Assembly (NCBI GenBank): GCA_963755715.1 | Contig: CAVWLW010000069.1 | Location: 1-64,000, forward strand | Direction of reading: 5' to 3' | DNA: 64,000 nt | From: an uncultured delta proteobacterium | GTDB taxonomy: Bacteria; Desulfobacterota; Binatia; UBA9968 | In this document: in pieces, positions 12,724 through 22,710 of the stretch | Layout: every line of letters starts with the position of its first letter | How positions within the stretch are numbered: position 1 is the first letter of the stretch | Notes under the pieces: generated by a model | What the model saw: only the letters and a program-made list of their open reading frames with translations | The model's database searches: none | Told to the model about the DNA's origin: nothing | Program-made: the position numbers and the translations under genes

Positions 12724-13704
12724 ATGCGTCGACTAGTTTCAATGATTTTCGCAACTGTGTTGTTGGGCAGCATGATCTCACATTCCCATGCTCAAGAACG
12801 GTTAAACTTCGCGTACATCTCGCCCAACGCCGGCTCGTCGTCGGTTCTTTGGGTCGCCAAAGACGCCGGCATCTTCAAGAAGCACGGCCTCGATGTCAAT
12901 ATCATTTATATCGAAGGCACGCCGAAGGCGCTGATGTCGCTCTTCGCGGGCGAGCTGCAAGTCGTCGCCGGCACGGGCCCCGCGGTGGCGAGCGCAAAAG
13001 TGCGCGGCGCCGACGCTTCGATGATCATGGGTTTTGAAGTATTTTTGCCCTACTATCTCGTCGCGACGCCGGCGATCAAGAGCGTTGAGGATCTCAAGGG
13101 AAAAGTCGGGGCTAACCATTCGGCGGCGACCTCAGCAGATTTTGCCATGCGCCTGGGGTTAAGAAATATCGGCTTAGATCCCGAACGGGATGTGAGTCTG
13201 CGCGTGGTGGGTGCGACCAATTTACGCATGATCACCATGCAGCAAGGGCAGGCGCAGTTCACGGTGATCAGCAGCACGGAACGGGAAGAAGCCGAAAAAT
13301 TAGGATTCAAAGTCCTGGCCGATCTCGCCAGCAAAAAGATTCCTTACCCGCACAGCGGCCTGATCAGCAGTCAAAAATTGCTGCGCGAGAAGCGCGACGC
13401 CATGCTGCGCTTCGCGCGCGCATCGGTGGAGGCGATTCATTATTTTAAAAACAACAAACCGCAGACCATCGCGATCCTGAAGAAATACGCCAAGACCGAT
13501 GTCACTACCCTCGATAGCGCCTACGCCTACCTGAAAAACGCGATCCCGGATATGCCCTACCCCACGCTCGAAGGAATGAAAACGATCCTCGCTGAAATGG
13601 GTCGCACTCGACCGGAGGTGCTGAAGTACGACGCCTCGACAATGGTCGATACGAGCATTGTCAAAGCGATCGACGAGGAAGGGTTTTTGAAGAAACTGAA
13701 ATAG
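12724..13704 (+). CDS. ABC substrate-binding protein, NMT1/THI5-SsuA type
   Basis: Signal peptide (HSHA-Q), WVAKDAGIFKKHGLDV, SVEDLKGK, GLDPERDV, PYPTLEG. Confidence 0.88.
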   Translation: MRRLVSMIFATVLLGSMISHSHAQERLNFAYISPNAGSSSVLWVAKDAGIFKKHGLDVNIIYIEGTPKALMSLFAGELQVVAGTGPAVASAKVRGADASMIMGFEVFLPYYLVATPAIKSVEDLKGKVGANHSAATSADFAMRLGLRNIGLDPERDVSLRVVGATNLRMITMQQGQAQFTVISSTEREEAEKLGFKVLADLASKKIPYPHSGLISSQKLLREKRDAMLRFARASVEAIHYFKNNKPQTIAILKKYAKTDVTTLDSAYAYLKNAIPDMPYPTLEGMKTILAEMGRTRPEVLKYDASTMVDTSIVKAIDEEGFLKKLK

Positions 13705-13712
13705 CAAATGCC

Positions 13713-13736
13713 GGGCGACCAGCCGGTCGCCCCTAC
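13713..13736 (-). repeat. GTAG-tagged REP-like palindrome between convergent genes
   Basis: Minus strand GTAG-GGGCGACC-ggct-GGTCGCCC. Confidence 0.65.
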
Positions 13737-13779
13737 GTTGATTGGCGCTTTTTGTGTTCTTTGCGGCTAAATTTTTAAA

Positions 13780-15837
13780 TCACTTCCGTACCAGCCGCAC
13801 ATCCACCGCCGCCGCGCCTCTGCCTTGCGCGCGCACCATGATCGGGTTGATTTCCATATCCGAAAGATGATTGCGGTGCGCGGCGAAAATATCGGATAAA
13901 CCGACCATCGCTTTCACCAGCGCGTCGATGTCGCGCGGCTTTTGACCGCGCACGCCTTCGAGGACTTTGTAGCCGCGCAACTCCTTGAGCATCGCGCGCG
14001 CTTCGCGCTCGTCGATCGGCAGCAAACGGATCGAAACGTCTTTTAACACTTCCACGAAAATACCGCCGAGACCGACCATCAGAAACGGCCCGTACTGCGG
14101 ATCGGTGCGCGCGCCGATCAGTACTTCGGTGCCCTGCACCATTTCTTGAATAAGCAAATGGCCTCTGCCCAGTGTTTTAGTCAGCAGCTTCTGGCCTTCG
14201 GCTTGGACTTCTTCCGCGCTCTTTAAGCCAAGCACGACCGCGCCGGATTCGGTTTTGTGCACCACTTCTGCGGCGATCAATTTGATTGCCACGGGAAAAC
14301 CGATTTCCTTCGCTTTCACCGCTGCATCGGCAGCGGTACCGGCCATCGCTTGTTTCGGCAAACTGATGCCATGCCGCTGCAGCAGCGCATTGAGATTCTC
14401 ACCTTCGAGATCCGCCGCATTGCCCGTCGCTGCGGCAAGCTTCGGCACACCCAGCTGCCTGCGCTCACCGTATAAACCCAAACCTGCCAGCGCGCGCAAG
14501 GTCGGTTTGATCGCCTGCAAGAACGGCATGCCGGCTTCTTCTTGAAAGGCGCGGCTTTCATCCAAGCAGCTATAAGTCGATCGACCGAACGCGAGCACGG
14601 GTTTATCCGTGGCCGCCGTGACGCTCTTGAACAGATCGGCGCTGCGCGTTTGGCCGCGCGGCAGTTCACCGTGGATCGCGAGCAAATCAACGCCCGGATC
14701 TTCGGCGTGCAGTTTGACGATGTTGATGAAACCCGCTTCATCGCCGAATCCCGCCACGCCGCATTCGAGCGGATTTTCCACGGCGAGTTCCGGCGGAATC
14801 AACGGCCGCACCGCTTCTTTGGTTTTCTCGCTGAGCTGCGCCAGATTGGTTTTCAGTTCGTCGCAATGATCGCAGATGAGACCTTTCATGCCGCCGGAGT
14901 TGACCACGATCGCCGCGCGGCTGCCTTTGGGGAATCTTCCCGGCATAAACGCGAGCGTCGTCTCCGTCATGTCTTCCAGCGTCGGGCAGCGAATCAAACC
15001 GAGCCGATGGCAAACCGCGTCGAATACTTCATCCGCGCCGGCGAGCGAGCCCGTGTGCGAGATCGCCTGACGTTTGCCCATTTCCGAGCGGCCAAGTTTA
15101 ACGGCGAGAATCGGCTTGCCTCTGTTGAGCGCCTGCTCGGCGATGGTCATGAACTCATCCGGTCGCCGAATGCCTTCGACCATCAGCGTGATGACTTTGG
15201 TGTCGGGATCATCGACCAGAAACGACAGGTAATCGACGAGATCGAGGCTCACTTCGTTGCCGCTGGAAACCGCGTAGCTGAAACCGATGCCGCGCTCGGT
15301 GGCGCCTTTGATCCAGTTGCCGAGCGAGCCGCCACTCTGAAAAATCAATCCCACGGGCCCTTTCTTGAGCAACGGCGTCGCCGTTGGAAAGGTCCACAAA
15401 CCTTCGCCGACCGAATAGGAGCCCATGCAGTTCGGGCCGCAAATCACCATGCCGGTTTTGTCGCACAGATCGCGCATCGCCTGTGCGCGCTCTTTGCCTT
15501 TCTCATCGTCGCCTTCGCCGAACCCGGCGGTGTAAATCGTCGCCGACCTGGTGCCAAGCTTTGCCGCTTCTTCCAACACTCCGAGCACGGCCCGTGTCGG
15601 AATGAGAACCAGCAGCTCATCCGGCACTTCCGGCAGCGCCGCAAGGTTCGGATAGCATTTGTCACCGTAGAGCTCTTGATAGTTCGGGTTGATGAGATAG
15701 ATGCCGCCGGCAAATTTAGCGTTCTTCAAATTTCGATAAATGCCTTGCGGCCAAGCGCCCTTTTGCGACGCGCCGATGATCGCCACCGACTTTGCGCGCA
15801 AAAGATTTCCCGCCGGCTTAGATGTGAAAGTAGCCAT
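13780..15837 (-). CDS. ADP-forming acyl-CoA synthetase (acetate--CoA ligase family; CoA-binding plus ATP-grasp domains)
   Basis: SVAIIGAS, GPNCMG, FQSGG, SSGNE, SHTGSLAG (phospho-His motif), HKTESGAV, DPQYGP, GLGGIFVEVLKD, EINP. Confidence 0.92.
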   Translation of the reverse strand: MATFTSKPAGNLLRAKSVAIIGASQKGAWPQGIYRNLKNAKFAGGIYLINPNYQELYGDKCYPNLAALPEVPDELLVLIPTRAVLGVLEEAAKLGTRSATIYTAGFGEGDDEKGKERAQAMRDLCDKTGMVICGPNCMGSYSVGEGLWTFPTATPLLKKGPVGLIFQSGGSLGNWIKGATERGIGFSYAVSSGNEVSLDLVDYLSFLVDDPDTKVITLMVEGIRRPDEFMTIAEQALNRGKPILAVKLGRSEMGKRQAISHTGSLAGADEVFDAVCHRLGLIRCPTLEDMTETTLAFMPGRFPKGSRAAIVVNSGGMKGLICDHCDELKTNLAQLSEKTKEAVRPLIPPELAVENPLECGVAGFGDEAGFINIVKLHAEDPGVDLLAIHGELPRGQTRSADLFKSVTAATDKPVLAFGRSTYSCLDESRAFQEEAGMPFLQAIKPTLRALAGLGLYGERRQLGVPKLAAATGNAADLEGENLNALLQRHGISLPKQAMAGTAADAAVKAKEIGFPVAIKLIAAEVVHKTESGAVVLGLKSAEEVQAEGQKLLTKTLGRGHLLIQEMVQGTEVLIGARTDPQYGPFLMVGLGGIFVEVLKDVSIRLLPIDEREARAMLKELRGYKVLEGVRGQKPRDIDALVKAMVGLSDIFAAHRNHLSDMEINPIMVRAQGRGAAAVDVRLVRK

Positions 15838-15907
15838 GTGATTTCCTTTAATTTGGAATTGTTTTTCCTTGTGTCATAGACACCTGAGTACTGCAAGGTT
15901 GGAATAG

Positions 15908-15983
15908 GCAGTGATCAATTGTCAGTCAGAAATATTCAGCAGCCTCAATTCTGATCGCTGACTACTGACGGCTGACCACCGTC
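15908..15983. repeat. 7-bp-period (CTGAnnn) inverted tandem repeat
   Basis: CTGATCG CTGACTA CTGACGG CTGACCA at 15951-15978, with a degenerate CAG-periodic left arm. Confidence 0.6.
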
Positions 15984-15984
15984 T

Positions 15985-17058
15985 TCAAGGAAACACATGC
16001 CAACGATGCGCGGGGAATTCGACCACGGCCTGCGCGCCGACGGCAAGGTCGCAATCACCGGCGAGCTTGGCCATCAGGGTTACGCCTTTCACCTCGACTT
16101 CGAGCAAGGCGGCGTCGCCGAGATAATTCTTGCTGGCAATCTTTCCCAACGTTGCCGGGGTTCCGTAACTGGACGGCGCCGTGACCTTGACGTGCTCCGG
16201 ACGAATCGCCAACGTAATCGACGCGCCGGCGCTGAGACCGTTTGGCACGGCCGTAGCGATCAAACCCAAGGGTGATTCGATTTGTCCGCCGTTCGCCACT
16301 TTGCCTTTGACAAAATTCATCTCGCCGACGAACTGCGCGACAAAAACACTGGCCGGCTTGGCGTAAACCTCGTTGGGTGGCGCCATTTGAATAATTTCAC
16401 CGTCATGCATGACACAGACCTTATCGCCGAGGCTCAACGCCTCCGCTTGATCGTGCGTGACATAAAGCGTGGTCACGCCCGCGGCCTTGGTGATCTTTTT
16501 TAGCTCGACGCGCATCTGCTCGCGCAGCCGCGCATCGAGGTTGCTCAGCGGCTCGTCCATCAGCAAGATCTTCGGCTCGGTGACCATCGCACGCGCCATC
16601 GCCACGCGCTGCTGCTGCCCGCCGCTCAGGTCGGTCGCCGGGCGATCCTCGAGGCCATCGAGCTGCACGAGCTTCAGCGCAGCGCGCACTTTTCCTGCGA
16701 TCTGGTCTTTGGGAATTTTCTTTCGCCCTTTGATCAGCGGAAACGAAACGTTCTGAAATACGTTCATGTGCGGCCAGATCGCATAGGACTGAAACACCAT
16801 GCCGATGTCGCGCTTTTCCGTCGGCACATAAATTTTTCTCTCCGGGGAATTCACCAGCGCCCCGTCGATCTCCAGTTCTCCCGCATCCGGTTTTTCCAAA
16901 CCGGCGACGCTGCGCAGCGTCGTCGTCTTGCCGCAGCCGCTCGGCCCGAGCAGCACGCAAAACTCTTTCTCCGCCACTTCGAGGTCGATACCGCGCAAAG
17001 CTTCGACCCGGCCGCGCCGGCTATCGAACCATTTTCTGAGACCGCGAATGCGGATCAA
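15985..17058 (-). CDS. ABC ATP-binding protein, FbpC/PotA type (probable TTG start)
   Basis: [38 protein letters not shown]-terminal TOBE-like region. Confidence 0.95.
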   Translation of the reverse strand: MIRIRGLRKWFDSRRGRVEALRGIDLEVAEKEFCVLLGPSGCGKTTTLRSVAGLEKPDAGELEIDGALVNSPERKIYVPTEKRDIGMVFQSYAIWPHMNVFQNVSFPLIKGRKKIPKDQIAGKVRAALKLVQLDGLEDRPATDLSGGQQQRVAMARAMVTEPKILLMDEPLSNLDARLREQMRVELKKITKAAGVTTLYVTHDQAEALSLGDKVCVMHDGEIIQMAPPNEVYAKPASVFVAQFVGEMNFVKGKVANGGQIESPLGLIATAVPNGLSAGASITLAIRPEHVKVTAPSSYGTPATLGKIASKNYLGDAALLEVEVKGVTLMAKLAGDCDLAVGAQAVVEFPAHRWHVFP

Positions 17059-17070
17059 CGAAACACCTCT

Positions 17071-17160
17071 TGGAGTAATGGAGTGGTGGAGTATTGGGTC
17101 CATCACCCGATCACTCGAAACCCATCATTCCATCACTCCAACACTCCAGCACCCCATTCT
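17071..17160. repeat. 8-bp-period TGGAGTnn / nnACTCCA inverted tandem repeat between permease and ATPase genes
   Basis: TGGAGTAA TGGAGTGG TGGAGTAT ... TCCATCAC TCCAACAC TCCAGCAC. Confidence 0.75.
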
Positions 17161-17162
17161 CC

Positions 17163-18911
17163 CTAATGTCCCAACTCCACTTCGCCGATGCGTGAAAAGA
17201 TGAACTTCAACAATCCGACGACCAAAACCGCGAACAACACGAGGATCACGCCGAGCGCCGAAACTTGCGGCACCCAGCCGTTGCCCCAAAACTGCCAGAC
17301 GATAGTCGAGATCACCAAATTCTTGCGCGTGCCGAGCGCCAAGGCCATGGTCACTTCCCGATAAGACAGCATGCTGATCCAAATCCAACTGTTGAAGATA
17401 CCGGCGGCGATCAAAGGCAGGACAATGCGGCCGAGCACACGCGGTGTCGACGCGCCGGCGACCTTGCCGGCTTCCTCCAGCTCGCGGTGGACCTGAATCA
17501 TCACGCCGTTGGTCGTGCGCGTGCCGTAAGCAATCCAGGAAATCGTGTGAGCGATGGCGATAATGATGACCGTGCCGTACACCGGAAAGTAATCTCGATA
17601 AGCGAGTCCGAGATAGGCAAGGCCGACGCCGAGAAGAATGCTCGGGATCGCGTGCGGCAAAAATGCGATCGTATCGAGGGAGCCGCGAAAGTTTACTTGC
17701 GTCCTGACGACGATCCAGGAAACCAGCACGCTCAATACCATCGTCGCGGTCGGCACCGCGACCATCAAGATCGCCGTGTTGATAAACGGCATGGCGTCGA
17801 CGAAGTCGAAGATCGTCGCATAGTTTGTGAAGGAAATTTCCGATAGCGCCTCGGCCGACGGCAGTTGCAGATGAGGCAGCAGCGAAGCCCAAAGCAAAAC
17901 CAAAAAAGGAATAAAAACTTCCATCGACAGATAGAGCAATGCGAACGCCAGCGCTGCCCATTTCCACCGTCCCAATGCGATTTGCCGCGGCCGATAACCG
18001 CGCCCGGTAATCACCGTGTATTTTTTTCCATGCTGTACTAAGCGGACGTAAAAATAAGCGAGGATCAGCCCGGCGAGAAGCATCACGGCGCCGTAGGCGC
18101 CGGCGATGCCGTAATTCGGCAGGCCCGTCGGCGGATTGGTCGAGGTAAAGATCGAAGCGCTGAGCACAAGAATGCGCGCCGGGAAGCCAATAATGGCCGG
18201 CACTTCGAATACGGCGATGGCCGACATGAATAAATAGACCATGACGCCGGCGATCGCCGGCCAAGTGATCGGGATGTTAATTCGCAGAAAAGTTTGCAGC
18301 TTGCTCACGCCGGAAGTATAAGCCGCCTCTTCAAGCGCCGGATCCATCGTGCGGTAAGCGGCCGAGAGCATGAAAAACGCCGACGGCACGAAGGACACTC
18401 CTTGGATGAACGCCATCCCCGGAATGTTGTAGAGGCTGATGATCGGCTGATCGAGATTGAATAACTGCATCGCCCATTGATTGACCAAACCGATGCGCGG
18501 GCTGAGCAGTAAGATCCAAGCGATGGTGCGCAGGAATACCGGAATTAAAATGCCAACCGTCATCAGCACATAGATCGTATTCTTGAACGGAATGTCGGTG
18601 CGGTTGAGCAACCATACTAGCGGCACGGCGAAAGCCAAGCCGACGATGACCGTGCCGAAGGCGAACAACAGCGTGTTGAGCAGAATCTTGTAGGTGCTGG
18701 GCGCGCTGTAGACCGCGACGAAATTGGCGAGCGTGAGCGGCCCGCCCTCGCCAGGAAATCCCGTGCGCAGGCTCATCAGCACTATCATGATCAGCGGCAC
18801 GCCGACCATGATAGTAAGCAGCGTCAGCAGTCCACCGGCGAATATCCCGACGCCGTTCGCCCGCGCGCGTGGCGCGTAGCCGATGGTGCCGAGTTCAGCT
18901 TCAGCTTTCAC
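17163..18911 (-). CDS. ABC permease, FbpB/ThiP type (two fused TM modules)
   Basis: About 12 hydrophobic segments and two EAA loops (DPALEEAAYTSG; RELEEAGKVAGA). Confidence 0.92.
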   Translation of the reverse strand: MKAEAELGTIGYAPRARANGVGIFAGGLLTLLTIMVGVPLIMIVLMSLRTGFPGEGGPLTLANFVAVYSAPSTYKILLNTLLFAFGTVIVGLAFAVPLVWLLNRTDIPFKNTIYVLMTVGILIPVFLRTIAWILLLSPRIGLVNQWAMQLFNLDQPIISLYNIPGMAFIQGVSFVPSAFFMLSAAYRTMDPALEEAAYTSGVSKLQTFLRINIPITWPAIAGVMVYLFMSAIAVFEVPAIIGFPARILVLSASIFTSTNPPTGLPNYGIAGAYGAVMLLAGLILAYFYVRLVQHGKKYTVITGRGYRPRQIALGRWKWAALAFALLYLSMEVFIPFLVLLWASLLPHLQLPSAEALSEISFTNYATIFDFVDAMPFINTAILMVAVPTATMVLSVLVSWIVVRTQVNFRGSLDTIAFLPHAIPSILLGVGLAYLGLAYRDYFPVYGTVIIIAIAHTISWIAYGTRTTNGVMIQVHRELEEAGKVAGASTPRVLGRIVLPLIAAGIFNSWIWISMLSYREVTMALALGTRKNLVISTIVWQFWGNGWVPQVSALGVILVLFAVLVVGLLKFIFSRIGEVELGH

Positions 18912-18924
18912 TTTACTACTTGCT

Positions 18925-19003
18925 CACCACGAAGCGCACGAAGGACATGAAGGTTTCAAATCTCTAACTTCTGAACTTCGTGCTCTTCGCGTCCTTCGTG
19001 GTG
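18925..19003. repeat. 9-bp-period CACGAAG / CTTCGTG inverted tandem repeat
   Basis: CACCACGAAGCGCACGAAGGACATGAAG ... CTTCGTGCTCTTCGCGTCCTTCGTGGTG. Confidence 0.75.
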
Positions 19004-19038
19004 GAGTACTCCGCCACAGTAAACCAGACAAGCCCATC

Positions 19039-20076
19039 CTATAAGCCTGTGAAGCCAAATATTTTGCCGTATTCGCGCGACAGCCGGTCGATCATCTCGG
19101 CTTGATCCTGGCTCATGTAGACGACTTGTTTTTTCTGCACGTATTGATACGCCGAGGTTCCCGGAATAAAGGCCGAGCTTTGACCGGCGTACTTCTCCCA
19201 GATCTTTTGCGCTTCGGGAGTGGTGAGATAGGCCGCCATCAAATAGGCCACTTTCGGATGCGCCGCGTTCTTGGGCACACCCGCATGATACGCCGGGGCG
19301 ATCAACGGCGACACGGCTTCGGCAAAAACCACCGGCGCGCTCTTGTTTTTCTCCGATTTGATTTCGCTGTCGCTCAAGGACACCGCGACGACGATTTCGC
19401 CCAGCAATAGACGACTGTAAATCTCGCCCAACCTGCCGAGAATCAAATCTTGCTTGGTGAGCGCCTTGACGAAATTGGTCGCCTTTTCTTCGCCCCAGGG
19501 TCCCGCCGCCAGCCGCGCCATGTGGTGCGTCGCGCTGGAGACGCCGATTTTGCCTTTCCACTTGGGATTTAATAAATCGTCCCAACTTTTCGGCGCATCC
19601 TTCGCCTGCACCAACTGTTTATTGTAAGCGGGCAGGACAAATTGGTTGGCGAAACTCACCGAACCGTTGTCGTACTGCACCGCCTTGGCATCGACGCCGA
19701 TGCTCTTGTAATCGAACGGCTGATGCATTTTTTTCACCCACAACGTCGCGTGGTGCGCGTCGGTCACAACCATCAAGTCCCATTCCGGCGGCACGCCGCT
19801 CGCGCCCAAGCCGACGACTTTGCCGATGTCGCGGGTCATGTTTCCCGAGGGGCTGTACTGCAGCTTGACGTTGAGACCGTATTTCTTGTTGAAAGCGGCG
19901 CCCAGCGCCTGCGCGCCCTGCGGCGTCAAAGTCGAAGGCGCGTAGAACTCCAGGGTTCCTTCCTGCTTGGCCGCCTTGATCAGTTCGTCGATCGGCGCGG
20001 CCGTGGCGGAGGTCAGCGAAACGACGATCAGGGCGATAACGGAAACCCAAACAAAAAACAGTTTACGCTTAAGCAT
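19039..20076 (-). CDS. ABC substrate-binding protein, FbpA/AfuA-like, cognate of the adjacent permease and ATPase
   Basis: Signal peptide, LIKAAKQEGTL, APKSWDDLLNPKWKGKI, AAHPKVAYL. Confidence 0.88.
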   Translation of the reverse strand: MLKRKLFFVWVSVIALIVVSLTSATAAPIDELIKAAKQEGTLEFYAPSTLTPQGAQALGAAFNKKYGLNVKLQYSPSGNMTRDIGKVVGLGASGVPPEWDLMVVTDAHHATLWVKKMHQPFDYKSIGVDAKAVQYDNGSVSFANQFVLPAYNKQLVQAKDAPKSWDDLLNPKWKGKIGVSSATHHMARLAAGPWGEEKATNFVKALTKQDLILGRLGEIYSRLLLGEIVVAVSLSDSEIKSEKNKSAPVVFAEAVSPLIAPAYHAGVPKNAAHPKVAYLMAAYLTTPEAQKIWEKYAGQSSAFIPGTSAYQYVQKKQVVYMSQDQAEMIDRLSREYGKIFGFTGL

Positions 20077-20150
20077 GGAATTCTCCTCTCGCAGACACAA
20101 CAAGATTACGTCGCTGGTGCCAAATTGGTGAATAATGAGTAAATACTATC

Positions 20151-20232
20151 TCACCACGAAGCTCACGAAGTTCGGAAGCTTTAAAATATCAACATCCTAA
20201 CCCTTCGTGGTCTTCGTGTGCTTCGTGGTAAA
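20151..20232. repeat. 9-bp-period CACGAAG / CTTCGTG inverted tandem repeat, second copy
   Basis: CACCACGAAGCTCACGAAG ... CTTCGTGGTCTTCGTGTGCTTCGTGGT. Confidence 0.75.
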
Positions 20233-20280
20233 CTTCGGTTTCCTACTTTGGTTGCGCCTTCGCCACGCTGTGCTCTCTGC

Positions 20281-21473
20281 TTAATGAATCTTCGGCCCAG
20301 TGTACTCCAGCACGTACAATCCGCCCTTGATCCGGTCGGTCACGTAAATCAAACCGTCGGTGTCGACGTAAAGATCGTTGAACATCGGCGCCTTCTGTCC
20401 TTCTGGCGCCGGCGGAATAAAGAAGCCGACTTCCTCGGGGCGAAATTTATTTCTGATATCAAAGACACGCAGGCCCGCATTATAGTAGGTAATGAAAATT
20501 AGGTTCTCGTTTTGGTATGAGCCCGGGCGCATCTCGTGCACGTTGTGCGGGCCGAAACGCAAACCGCGCTTGCAGAAGTCGCCCTCCGGCACCGGGCAGG
20601 AGCTGACGATCACCGGGTTTCTTTCTTCGCGGATATCGATCAACCAGACGCGCTTCTCGCCTTCGTTGCAATCGTACTTCACGGATTCATCGACGGCGAC
20701 CACCAGTTTTCTGCCGGGCAGTGGCAACGTCGTGTGCGCGTAGCCGCCGAATGGCGGACTCCAGTCGATGTGGCTGATGGTTTTCGGCTTGCTGATATCG
20801 GATATGTCGAGAATCACCATGCCGGCGTCGACCAAGGCAACGTAGGATCGGTCGCCATGCGGAATCGCGCCGTGCACGTGAAAATGTTCGCCGGCAAATG
20901 GCGTCCAATCCGGCGGCGTCTCCTCGCCTTCCTTCGTGCCGGGAATCCACCACCGACCCGCTTCTTTAGGATTTGTTGGGTTCGAAAGATCCGCGATCAA
21001 ATAGGCGCGCTCTTCGATGCCCGGCAGCATCGCGCCGACGTGCGCGTACTTGCCGTCGGTGAACCACATGCGATGCACGCCCTTGCCGGGAAGTTTTAAT
21101 AGCCGATCTCGCGCGGCTCGGTGGGTTTTTCGATGCTGTAAACTTTTATGCCGGCTTCGTTCGGCACGCTGGCGGGAACCGATTTATCGAAGTAAGGACG
21201 CTCCTGATTTTGAATCAAAATATCGCCAACGATCTGCACTTTGTGCGCGTGCGTGTTGGGCGCGTGCGGCATCTGCGTCACCACGCGCGGATCCGTCGGA
21301 TCGGCCACGTCGAGAATGCTCAGCGCCATCGGCGAAGTGCCGAGATGCGCGACGTAGACATAGCGCCCTTGCTTCAGCAATTGCATGCCGTCGCCATGGC
21401 CATTCAAGTCATGATGGCCGATTACCCTTACGTTCCAATTTTCACTCTTGGCTTGGATATCCGCGATGGTCAT
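20281..21473 (-). CDS. LVIVD-repeat beta-propeller protein (one frameshift near 21097)
   Basis: ORFs 21096..21473 and 20281..21078 join; repeats YVYVAH..LSILDVADPTDP, MVILDISDISKP, GLRVFDIRNKFRP; His-rich motifs HAHK, HFHVH, YAHT, GPHN. Confidence 0.8.
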
Positions 21474-21645
21474 TAGAGCCTCACTTCATGGAGCTGAAAA
21501 CTCCCGTCCTCTTCAGCGCCGCGCTTCGTTCTCTTATACTTCCCGACTTCTTCAGTCAACAATTCCCTGCGTGTTGGCCTACGTTTGTTTATATGGTAAT
21601 AAGCCGCCTACGCAAGTTATTTGAGATCGTCAAGAGGAGGGTGCC

Positions 21646-22623
21646 ATGAAACGAGCGCTCGCTTTTGCAACGCTTGCGTTGCTGTTCCATTCCGCCGCTT
21701 CACACGCTCAACTCAAGCGTATCGCGGCCGGGTATAGCGCCATCAGCGCCACGCAAATAGGGTTTTACATCGCCAAAGATGCAAAAATTTTTGAAAAGCA
21801 TGGCTTAAACGTGGATCCGGTTTACGTTGCGGGAGGCAGCCGAATGGCGCAGGCCATTATTGCCGGTGAGTTCCCCCTCGCTCTGGCCGGCGGCAATATC
21901 GTCAACGTCAACCTCTCCGGCGGGGACATCGTCATCATCGGAGGCGTGGTCAACGTACCCTCGTTTTATCTCTTCGTGCAATCCTCGATCAAACGGAATG
22001 AGGACTTAAAAGGCAAAGCCCTCGGAATTACCCGCTACGGAGCTTCCACCGATGTCAGTCTGCGCGCGTATCTAAAAAAATATGGCTTGGAGCCGGATCG
22101 AGACGTAAAAATTCTCCAAATGGGCGGCCAGCCGGAAATCGTCGCGGGCATGCAGGCTGGAGTCGTCCAAGGGGGTATTCTCACATCGCCCGCTGACTTT
22201 CGGGCTAAGAAAGCCGGCTTTGTCATGCTCGCCAACTTCGCAAAAGAAGGGATCGACTATCCAACCACGAGCCTCGTTTCGACTCGTTCGACCATAAAGA
22301 AAGATAGAGAAACCGTGAAACGGTTCTTGATGGCCTACAGCGAGGCGGTCGATCGCCTGTTTCGCGACAAAGAACTGGGTATAAGAATCCTCGGCAAGTG
22401 GACGCGCACTCAAGATCGTGAAACGCTGGAGTCGTCCTATGAGTACGCGACCAATTTCGTCGAAAGACCGCCACGACTACCCTTCAAGGCCACGGAAAAT
22501 ATCGTCGCATCCATGGCCGAAACCGATCCCAGAGCGAAAGACCACAAGGCCGAAGAGTTTATAGACCCTTCGATCTACAACGAGCTGGAGAAGTCCGGTT
22601 TCTTCAAATCGCTGGGACGGTAA
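21646..22623 (+). CDS. ABC substrate-binding protein, NMT1/THI5-SsuA type
   Basis: Signal peptide (ASHA-Q), IAKDAKIFEKHGL, EDLKGKALGITRYGASTD, GLEPDRDV. Confidence 0.88.
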   Translation: MKRALAFATLALLFHSAASHAQLKRIAAGYSAISATQIGFYIAKDAKIFEKHGLNVDPVYVAGGSRMAQAIIAGEFPLALAGGNIVNVNLSGGDIVIIGGVVNVPSFYLFVQSSIKRNEDLKGKALGITRYGASTDVSLRAYLKKYGLEPDRDVKILQMGGQPEIVAGMQAGVVQGGILTSPADFRAKKAGFVMLANFAKEGIDYPTTSLVSTRSTIKKDRETVKRFLMAYSEAVDRLFRDKELGIRILGKWTRTQDRETLESSYEYATNFVERPPRLPFKATENIVASMAETDPRAKDHKAEEFIDPSIYNELEKSGFFKSLGR

Positions 22624-22710
22624 GATCATTGGATCGAAGCACTTCAATGCATGTCGCGGTTCAACGTGGCTTTGTGCCAAGGATCGCAACGGCGAATCTA
22701 TAATCCTAAC

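Noticed and set aside
14542-15879. Long antisense ORFs (445 aa here, 580 aa at 44392..46134, and others)
   Set aside because: They are shadows of well-supported genes on the opposite strand, typical of high-GC codon bias, and have no recognisable motifs.
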